From Deferribacterales bacterium (GTDB lineage: Bacteria > Chrysiogenota > Deferribacteres > Deferribacterales > Geovibrionaceae), in the NCBI GenBank assembly GCA_050253335.1, contig JBFWJG010000024.1, forward strand, positions 1-34,015: a DNA stretch of 34,015 bases, given 5' to 3'. Made by a program: the position numbers and the translations under genes. Under the pieces are notes generated by a model. That model was not told the origin of the DNA, ran no database searches, and worked only from the letters and a program-made list of their open reading frames with translations. Positions 27,116 to 34,015 of this stretch are shown here, piece by piece; the stretch's first letter is position 1; each line of letters opens with the position of its first letter.

Positions 27116-27976
27116 ATGAAATACGCAGCAGTTTTATTTTTCTGCCTTTCCGCATTCACGGCATTTGCGGCGGAAACTGGCTTTAAAGGCGGCTTCACAA
27201 GCCCTGACAATCTCGGAGCAGTTTATTACGGAGCGGAAGTTTCCGAAACCTTTGACATGCCCGACAATCACAAACTGAAGATTTCCGCTGATTACAAGCT
27301 CACGGATTTCAGCGATACAGAAGGCTTCATGCCGGACACACTGACACAGGCATCTCTGGGGATTGACATAAAAGGTCCGGAGTATCTTTTCAATATAAAA
27401 GCAGGCGTATCCTCCGATGAGCCCTTTGAAGAATCAGACGGATATTTTGCGGGTGTCGTGGTCGCAAAAAACGTTTACGAAACAGGCCCCCACAAGCTCT
27501 ATCTGGGTCTGGTCGCCTCCAGCAAGGAGATTCTGGAGGATATGCATGTTCTGCCCGCCTTCGGCTATTCCTACACCGCCCCGAACCTTTACATTCTGGC
27601 GGGTTCGCTTAATATGATAAAGTGGAAACCGGCGGAGAAGGTGAGCTTTGAGGCATCACTCTCCATTCTGGGACAGGGCAAAGTGAAGGGAACATACCAT
27701 TGGAGCAGGGATTTCAGAACTTCTCTGGTATACTCTAATGACACAGACACATACTACCTCGGGGATGATTATCCGGGGGACGCCGAGCTCAAACTGCGCA
27801 TCGCTTCCGTGAGCCTTGAGGCGGAAAAAGACATATACGAATACGCCCGGCTTATACTTTCCGCAGGAACAGTCACCAGCGCCAGATATTACATTCTGGA
27901 TGATGACGAAGTCCTCCGTGATAAGAAAATAAACGGCGGAGCAATGGGAAGCGCCGAACTGCGCATAATGTTCTAG
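27116..27976 (+). CDS. Exported protein, probable outer-membrane beta-barrel of unknown function
   Basis: Signal peptide ending AFA; alternating hydrophobic/polar strands rich in Y/G; C-terminal AELRIMF; SD AGGAG. Confidence 0.6.
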   Translation: MKYAAVLFFCLSAFTAFAAETGFKGGFTSPDNLGAVYYGAEVSETFDMPDNHKLKISADYKLTDFSDTEGFMPDTLTQASLGIDIKGPEYLFNIKAGVSSDEPFEESDGYFAGVVVAKNVYETGPHKLYLGLVASSKEILEDMHVLPAFGYSYTAPNLYILAGSLNMIKWKPAEKVSFEASLSILGQGKVKGTYHWSRDFRTSLVYSNDTDTYYLGDDYPGDAELKLRIASVSLEAEKDIYEYARLILSAGTVTSARYYILDDDEVLRDKKINGGAMGSAELRIMF

Positions 27977-27981
27977 GAGGA

Positions 27982-28662
27982 ATGATGGAGTTCTACCGCA
28001 TACTTTCAAAAGCCTATGACGAGGTTTTCCCTTTTTCAGAAGCCACCTTCGCCTTTCTTAAAAAGCACGCCGCAGGGAACGTGCTTGACGTGGGCTGCGC
28101 CACAGGGGCTTATGTCAGAAAGTTTCATCAGGAAGGATTCAGCGCGGAAGGGATTGAGTATGTGTCCGAGCTCATAAAATACACCAAAGACATTCAGACA
28201 GGGGATATGCGCCGTCTGCCCGAGAGCTTCGGCGGCAGGTTCTCCCTTGTTTACTGCATAGGCAACACCCTTGCCCACTGCACAGACGCTTCGGACGCAG
28301 AAAATATCCTCGGCGGATTTGCCAGCACCCTGCAAAGCGGGGGAAAAGCGGTAATCCAGATACTCAACTACGCACGAATACTGAAGAAGCGTCCGGCGGA
28401 ACTGCCCCTTATCGAAACTGACAGCGTAAGATTTGTGAGAAATTACAGCTACATGGAAAAAAATATAAAATTCACCGGAACGCTCACCGCAGAAGGACAG
28501 ACGTCCTCATCCTCAGTCACCCTTTATCCGCTGACCCATGAGGAGCTTTCGCAGGCAGCTCTGAAAGCAGGCTTTTCATCATGCGTCCATTACGGAGACT
28601 TCGCAGGCACCCGCTTTGACGAATCGGAGAGCTTCATGCTTGTGAGCGTGCTGGGCAAATAG
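27982..28662 (+). CDS. Class I SAM-dependent methyltransferase
   Basis: VLDVGCATG motif I, GIE, GDMR, CIGNTLAH, IQILNY. Confidence 0.88.
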   Translation: MMEFYRILSKAYDEVFPFSEATFAFLKKHAAGNVLDVGCATGAYVRKFHQEGFSAEGIEYVSELIKYTKDIQTGDMRRLPESFGGRFSLVYCIGNTLAHCTDASDAENILGGFASTLQSGGKAVIQILNYARILKKRPAELPLIETDSVRFVRNYSYMEKNIKFTGTLTAEGQTSSSSVTLYPLTHEELSQAALKAGFSSCVHYGDFAGTRFDESESFMLVSVLGK

Positions 28663-28743
28663 CAAAAGCCTTTATTAACATCAGTCCGTTAGGCCGTCGC
28701 ATCAAAAAACTTTGATCACCCTTTCATGTTAAGGTTGTCAAAT

Positions 28744-28783
28744 TTGTCAGGTTTCGGTTATATTCCTGTCAGATTTTTGTGAT
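28744..28783 (+). promoter_or_regulatory. Pho-box-like array of 11-bp direct repeats
   Basis: TTGTCAGGTTT / CGGTTATATTC / CTGTCAGATTT / TTGTGAT in exact 11-nt phase, resembling CTGTCAT-N4 units, upstream of a phosphate transporter. Confidence 0.55.
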
Positions 28784-28798
28784 CCAAAGGAGCATCTA

Positions 28799-30466
28799 GT
28801 GACGTCATCAGACTGGTTTAACCTGATTACGGGACTGTTCGGCGGTCTCGGTCTTTTCATCTTCGGCATGAAGCTCATGTCCGAAGCGCTTCAGAAATCC
28901 GCAGGGCAGGGACTCAAGAAAGCCCTCGAAAAACTTACCAGCAACAGATTTGTGGGAACTTTTGTAGGACTTGCGGTCACCGCGATAGTTCAGAGCTCCT
29001 CCGCAACCACGGTAATGGTTGTGGGATTTGTAAACGCCGGTCTGATGAGCCTTACTCAGGCGCTCAGCGTTGTTCTGGGCGCAAACCTCGGCACAACAGT
29101 CACAGCGCAGCTTATCGCCTTTGACATTGAGGCAATGGCGCTTCCGGCCATCGCCGCGGGCATGATGCTTAAAATGTTCTCCAAGGATGTCATAAAGCAG
29201 TACTGGGGCGAAATTCTTCTGGGCTTCGGTATGCTTTTCATCGGAATGGAGATAATGAAGGACGGCTTTGTACCCCTGCGCAAAACAGACGGCTTCAGGG
29301 ATATGTTCGTTTTCTTCTCCAGCAATCCGGTTCTGGCTGTCAGCGCAGGCGCGCTTCTTACCGTCATAGTACAGAGCTCCTCGGCGACAATAGGCATAAC
29401 CATAGCTCTGGCAACCACAGGGCTCATAGACTTTTACGGCGCATGCGCCCTTGTTCTCGGTGAGAACATCGGCACAACAATCACAGCCAACCTTGCTGCC
29501 ATAGGCACAAACCGCACAGCGAAGCAGGCGGCCTTCGGGCATTTCCTGTTTAACTTTCTGGGCGTTGTGTACATGCTGTTCATCCTGCGGTATCTGGTGG
29601 ATTTTGTGAACATCATGACTCCGAACGACGCAGACTTTGTGGCAGCGGACGGCTCCAAGCCATATATAGCGCGCCACATAGCCAACCTGCACACAATGTT
29701 CAACCTGATCAACATGGTCGTTTTTCTTCCTTTCCTCCACTATCTAGCCAGACTTTGCGAAGTTATCATCAAGCCGGACAAACCGGATGAAAACAAAATG
29801 GTGCGCCTCAGCGACAATATAATGAGCACGCCTGCCATAGCGGTCGAACAGGCGAAGAAAGAGGTTCTGCGCATGTCAGGCTATGCGGGAAGCATGGTGG
29901 ACGCAACCAGAAAATATCTTGTAGACGGCGATGAATCAGGCCTTGCGGATGTTAAAGTCTTTGAGGGGCATCTGGACACGTTCGACAAGGAGATATCCGC
30001 GTTCCTCGTTAAGCTGTCCATGAAAAACATCAGCCAGAACTCCGCAAACCAGATCAACAAGATGCACCATGTAGTCCATAATCTGGAAAAAATCGGCGAC
30101 TATTCCGAAAGCATTTACAACTCAATCAAGAAAATCAAAAAGAAACAGATCGTCTTCAGCCCCGAAGCCAATGAAGAGCTTAAAAATATCTATGATGTCG
30201 TTCAGAGATTCTATAAGCACACAATGGACTGCTTCACCAGCTCCGCCTCAAGGATCGAGACAGAGGATGAGGACATCATAGACAGCATGAGAAAGCGTTT
30301 TAAGAAAAACCATGTGAAAAGGCTCAACGCAGGGGAATGCACGATAGACGCAGGACTTATTTATGTCGATATTCTCAACAGCCTTGAAAAAATAGGCGAC
30401 CACACATTCAACATTGCTCAGGTTATCATGGCGGGTGAAAACGCTCCGCTCAGCAAACCCCAGTAA
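28799..30466 (+). CDS. Na/Pi cotransporter family protein with C-terminal PhoU-like domains
   Basis: Two VQSSSAT motifs, GANLGTT and GENIGTT, ANLHTMFN, two LEKIGD helices; GTG start after AAGGAG. Confidence 0.93.
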   Translation: MTSSDWFNLITGLFGGLGLFIFGMKLMSEALQKSAGQGLKKALEKLTSNRFVGTFVGLAVTAIVQSSSATTVMVVGFVNAGLMSLTQALSVVLGANLGTTVTAQLIAFDIEAMALPAIAAGMMLKMFSKDVIKQYWGEILLGFGMLFIGMEIMKDGFVPLRKTDGFRDMFVFFSSNPVLAVSAGALLTVIVQSSSATIGITIALATTGLIDFYGACALVLGENIGTTITANLAAIGTNRTAKQAAFGHFLFNFLGVVYMLFILRYLVDFVNIMTPNDADFVAADGSKPYIARHIANLHTMFNLINMVVFLPFLHYLARLCEVIIKPDKPDENKMVRLSDNIMSTPAIAVEQAKKEVLRMSGYAGSMVDATRKYLVDGDESGLADVKVFEGHLDTFDKEISAFLVKLSMKNISQNSANQINKMHHVVHNLEKIGDYSESIYNSIKKIKKKQIVFSPEANEELKNIYDVVQRFYKHTMDCFTSSASRIETEDEDIIDSMRKRFKKNHVKRLNAGECTIDAGLIYVDILNSLEKIGDHTFNIAQVIMAGENAPLSKPQ

Positions 30467-30477
30467 AAACTCATAAC

Positions 30478-30514
30478 CCGCCCCTTATAATCTCCTAAGG
30501 GGCGGTTCTGTTCT
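30478..30514. terminator. Terminator between the convergent Na/Pi transporter and kinase genes
   Basis: 10-bp stem CCGCCCCTTA (30478-30487)/TAAGGGGCGG (30496-30505) followed by TTCTGTTCT. Confidence 0.75.
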
Positions 30515-30537
30515 CTCACCGCAGATCAAAAAAAGCA

Positions 30538-32244
30538 TCAGTCAGGCTGGGTTATGCGCACCTTAAAGGTGTTTCCGCCCCTGCTGTTTGTCTCAAGGGT
30601 TATTCCGCCTCTGTAAAGCCTGCATATGTGCTTGACTATGGAAAGCCCCAGACCTGTGCTTGAAATATTTTTGTTTCTGGATTTTGAAACCGTGTAAAAG
30701 CGCTCGAAAATCCTCTCCCGCTCTTCGGCAGGTATGGCGGGACCGCCGTCCTCAACCTCGAGGCCGAACTCATCCGCGGTGCTGTTAATTTTCACATCTA
30801 TAAAATATTTGCCTGAGTATGCCACCGCGTTTTCAATCAGGTTTGTCACAAGGCTTGAGAGATGCGCCCTGTTTATCCGCACAGGCACGCCTTCGGCGGA
30901 AATCCTTATTCCGGGCGCAAACTTGTCGGAATAATAGTCCCTCAGTTCCTCGGCGTATTCCCCGGGGTCTGTCTCCTCGCCTGCTTCAACGTCCTCTGCC
31001 GATGAAGATTCGTATCTGTGCAGTTCTATGACGTCATTAATGATCTGATTAAGCTGAGCCGTGCCCTTGTACACCTTGCCGAGGAACTTTTCCCTGTCCT
31101 CAGGCTTCATATCCGGATGCTCTATAAGAGTTTCCGCATAGCCCATCACAAGGGCGAGGGGTGTTTTAAGCTCGTGGGAAATATTTGTTATCAGCTCGCT
31201 CTTATATTTGCTGTAGCGTTCGCTGTCCGTTATATCAGTGAAAACAATTATCTTTGAACCCTCCATAAAACGGACGTAAAGCTCATAAACCGTATTCTGA
31301 AGCTCGTAGACCTTGGTGCAGTCAGTATCGTATGAAAGGATCTCCTTCGCGAGAACTATGGCATCCCTGTCCGTAACCTTATCCAGAACATCGTCCCCCT
31401 GATTGAGCGAACAGCCGAGTATTTTCTCCGCTTTTCTGTTGGCAAGCTCCACCCTTCCGTTTCCGTCCAGCTTCACTATCCCCTCTTCCAGAAGATTGAC
31501 AAGACCGTTAAGCTTTTTCTTTTCCGCTTCAAGGATTGCCTTCTGCTTTTCAAGGGCGTTATACGTGCGGTATATCAGCCCCGCCACCTTGTCCATGAGC
31601 CTGCTTTTGAATATGGGAAAAACAGGCGGTCTTCCGCTTTCGATATCCTCGACAATCCTGCTGATTTTCACCACAGGCCTGCTCACACGGAGGCTGATAA
31701 ACCAGAGAACGGCAAAAAGAACAGCAAAAAGACCGAAAAATGTGGCATAGGCCTGTTCCTGCATTTTTCTTTTCAGGCTTTCCACATAAAGCATAGGATA
31801 AGCTATGCGCAGGACATTCCCGCCTTGGCGGATCTCTTTGGCGTAATATATCATCCGCTGTCCGGTCGTCGCGCTGAAACGCTTCTCCACTCCCTCGCCT
31901 TTTATGAATGCTTCCTGAATTTCGGGGCGGGATTTGTGGTTTTCTATCTCCGGAACTGAATCTGCGGCCACATAGGAATCATCAATAACGACTCCATCGG
32001 GGCTGATCAGCGTTATCCTGAGCTGGGTTGAACGGCTTATGGATTCCAGATTTCCCCGTGCCTCGTGGGGCGGAAGCTCAAGAACTCCTGATGCGTTTAT
32101 TATCTCCCATTTGTTCTTCATTTCATGAACAAGCTCATCCTCAGCATTGATAAGCAGCTGTTTCTGATAACTGAAAAACATGAGCAGGGTAACGCACATT
32201 ACCGGAATTATGATGAAAGAAAAAAGACGAATGTATATTTTCAC
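30538..32244 (-). CDS. PhoR-like sensor histidine kinase
   Basis: Two TMs, periplasmic RITLI..DG.V..DS...ENHKSRPEI..A motif typical of PhoR of Firmicutes/Deltaproteobacteria, PAS-like region, ISHELKTPL, NLIENA, IFERFY, TGLGLSIVKH; GTG start after AAGGAG. Confidence 0.82.
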   Translation of the reverse strand: MKIYIRLFSFIIIPVMCVTLLMFFSYQKQLLINAEDELVHEMKNKWEIINASGVLELPPHEARGNLESISRSTQLRITLISPDGVVIDDSYVAADSVPEIENHKSRPEIQEAFIKGEGVEKRFSATTGQRMIYYAKEIRQGGNVLRIAYPMLYVESLKRKMQEQAYATFFGLFAVLFAVLWFISLRVSRPVVKISRIVEDIESGRPPVFPIFKSRLMDKVAGLIYRTYNALEKQKAILEAEKKKLNGLVNLLEEGIVKLDGNGRVELANRKAEKILGCSLNQGDDVLDKVTDRDAIVLAKEILSYDTDCTKVYELQNTVYELYVRFMEGSKIIVFTDITDSERYSKYKSELITNISHELKTPLALVMGYAETLIEHPDMKPEDREKFLGKVYKGTAQLNQIINDVIELHRYESSSAEDVEAGEETDPGEYAEELRDYYSDKFAPGIRISAEGVPVRINRAHLSSLVTNLIENAVAYSGKYFIDVKINSTADEFGLEVEDGGPAIPAEERERIFERFYTVSKSRNKNISSTGLGLSIVKHICRLYRGGITLETNSRGGNTFKVRITQPD

Positions 32245-32274
32245 TTTACGCTCCTTGATTTAATTATCTCAAAT

Positions 32275-32407
32275 TTTTATCCGTAAAAATTTGGGATACA
32301 CGCTCGCGGTTTGCAGAAGCAAACCTTCGCTACGCACGGCACACCCAGCCTCCGCAATAACCTCCCCCTTTGTAAAAGGGGGACAGGAGGGGGATTTTAT
32401 CCGCAAA
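32275..32407. mobile_element. Putative miniature palindromic element, copy 2, with 13-bp flanking direct repeats
   Basis: TTTTATCCG(T/C)AAA at 32275-32287 and 32395-32407; core ATACACGCTCGCGG-stem-CCTTCGC..CGCACGGC at 32296-32340; hairpin TCCCCCTTT-GTA-AAAGGGGGA at 32363-32383. Confidence 0.6.
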
Positions 32408-32483
32408 GCAGACAGACGCACCGGCATCACTAATACAATTATTAACATGAAGACAGAATAAAATAAACCGTTCCGTGAGGGCG

Positions 32484-34015
32484 TTATCTGGTGAAGGACA
32501 CCGTGAACCAAGCCCCGCCGCTGCTTCCGCAGGTGTAGGTTCCGCCGAGCTGTTTAACCAGATTCACAACGATGGGCAGACCCAGAGTGTCCAGAGCGCC
32601 TATCTCAAAGCCCTTGGGATAGCCGACTCCGTTGTCGCTGACAGTCATTGTGCAGAGACTGCCCTCGGTTCTGAATGAAAAGACCACTTCCGGGTTTTCG
32701 CTCTCTTCCACGAAGGCGTATTTGATGCTGTTCATAATCAGCTCATTCACTATGAGTCCGCAGCACATTATTGTGTCTATGGGGAGCGAGACGGGCTCGA
32801 CCTCCTCCCTTATAACAATGGGAACCCGCTTCATGTTTTTGCGGATACTTTCAAAAAGGCTGTGGAAATAAGCATCCAGCCTCACCACAGACATATTCTC
32901 GGATTTGTAAAGCGACTGGTGCAGAAGCGCCATCGCCATTACCCTGCTTTCCGCCTCGGCCAGTGCCTCTTCTGTATCCCTTGAACTGCTCGCCTCTTTC
33001 TGCAGGCTGAGAAAGCTGCTTATGATCTGGAGGTTGTTCTTCACCCTGTGGTGTATCTCTTTAAGCAGTATCTCCTTTTCCTTCAGAGACCGCTTTATTG
33101 TTTCCCTGTTCTTTATCTGTTCCGTTATATCGTAATAGGAGATCACCGCGCCCTGAATCCTTCCGCCTTTCTTTATGGGCGCGGACAGAACCTCAACATC
33201 AATAAGCTCTCCGTCCTTACGGCGGAATATCTGCTCCTCTCTTCTTCTCTCTCCGTCGTTTATTGTGCTGTGAACCAGACAGTCGCCCTCGCTGAGAGAC
33301 CCGCCATCCTTGTCCTTTCTGTGCATCAGCATGTGGTGGGATTTGCCCAGAAGTTCGTCCCTTGAGTATCCAGTGATATGTTCCGTCACGGGGTTTGCGA
33401 AAATAATCACTCCATCGCTGTCCAGCCCGAGAATCGCCTCTCCCGTGGAGGAGAGGATAGCCGCTTTCTGTTCGTTCAGCTCGTGCAGTTTATCCTTGTT
33501 TTCGGCAAGCTCGGACATCATGCCGTGAATCTTTCTGTAGCCGACGGCAAGAACGGCAAGCCCTATCAGCCATATCAGGGTGTGTGTTATTATTGAAAGA
33601 AGTATTTCATTATTTTCTATAGCCGAAAGCCTTTTCAGAGGAATGCTGACGCTTATGCCGCCTCTTATCTCGCCGACTTTGTAACCCTGAACGGCGTGAC
33701 ACTTCAGACAGCCCTCAACGGTAATGAAAGGACGCATAAAACGGAGCAGTTTTTCTCCGTCCACAACATCCACGGAGACATATTCCTGTGCGCCGCCGTA
33801 AAGTTTGGCGAGAGCGAGCTTCTCCCATGTGTCCGGCCTGTTCACAGGGTTAATGAGAATATCGCTGGTGAGATGCGTTTGTATAACGGAAGTATCCTGC
33901 GCCATTTCAAAGACCTGCCTGCTCATATAAGCTGGGTTGACCAGAGTGAGCTTCCTGCCGGACTCTGTGATAATGTCCCTGTCCTGAACATGGCTGAGAT
34001 ATGGGTTGGGCTTGA
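32484..34015 (-). CDS. Heme-c (DUF3365/Tll0287-like) sensor, PAS, HisKA_2 histidine kinase; 5' part lies outside the window
   Basis: Frame stays open to the window edge (QANPYLSHVQDRDIITESGRKLTLVNPAYMSRQV); CLKCH heme motif, G.IRGGISVSIP, TM, PAS, EIHHRVKNNLQIISS, NELIMNSIKYAF, DNGVG, LGL. Confidence 0.9.
   Translation of the reverse strand, partial: KPNPYLSHVQDRDIITESGRKLTLVNPAYMSRQVFEMAQDTSVIQTHLTSDILINPVNRPDTWEKLALAKLYGGAQEYVSVDVVDGEKLLRFMRPFITVEGCLKCHAVQGYKVGEIRGGISVSIPLKRLSAIENNEILLSIITHTLIWLIGLAVLAVGYRKIHGMMSELAENKDKLHELNEQKAAILSSTGEAILGLDSDGVIIFANPVTEHITGYSRDELLGKSHHMLMHRKDKDGGSLSEGDCLVHSTINDGERRREEQIFRRKDGELIDVEVLSAPIKKGGRIQGAVISYYDITEQIKNRETIKRSLKEKEILLKEIHHRVKNNLQIISSFLSLQKEASSSRDTEEALAEAESRVMAMALLHQSLYKSENMSVVRLDAYFHSLFESIRKNMKRVPIVIREEVEPVSLPIDTIMCCGLIVNELIMNSIKYAFVEESENPEVVFSFRTEGSLCTMTVSDNGVGYPKGFEIGALDTLGLPIVVNLVKQLGGTYTCGSSGGAWFTVSFTR

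Noticed and set aside
28808..29740. 310-aa minus-strand ORF
   Set aside because: Antisense shadow of the Na/Pi cotransporter.
32269..32511. 80-aa minus-strand ORF between the two kinases
   Set aside because: Runs through the palindromic element; no SD or protein-like features.

Overview
A 34-kb stretch of bacterial chromosome from what looks like an anaerobic Gram-negative respirer. Gene content suggests Deferribacterota (Geovibrio/Denitrovibrio-like); this is inference. About 30 CDSs are present, with no rRNA, tRNA, CRISPR, transposase or integrase. The left end is respiratory: a partial ResB/Ccs1 cytochrome c biogenesis gene, an octaheme (TvNiR-type) cytochrome c nitrite reductase, an HI0933 flavoprotein, a MenK/MqnK-like radical-SAM methyltransferase and a formate/nitrite channel. 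Next is a tightly coupled four-gene operon of unknown product: C39-like peptidase, RLAN/RimK ATP-grasp ligase, GCS2 gamma-glutamyl ligase and N-formylglutamate amidohydrolase. The rest holds a diguanylate cyclase, a CsoR-family repressor with its operator and an atypical P1B ATPase, MarR, glnS-nitroreductase-EVE, an acyl-CoA synthetase, metY under a SAM-I riboswitch, a Cache-PAS-GGDEF-EAL protein, an SDR, a probable beta-barrel with a methyltransferase, a Na/Pi cotransporter with Pho-box-like repeats, a PhoR-like kinase and a partial heme-c sensor kinase. The most unusual non-coding signal is a pair of related ~110-120 bp structured elements (21760-21881 and 32288-32394). They share a conserved core with a fully co-varying stem and each is flanked by direct repeats; one duplicates the last 35 bp of metY.
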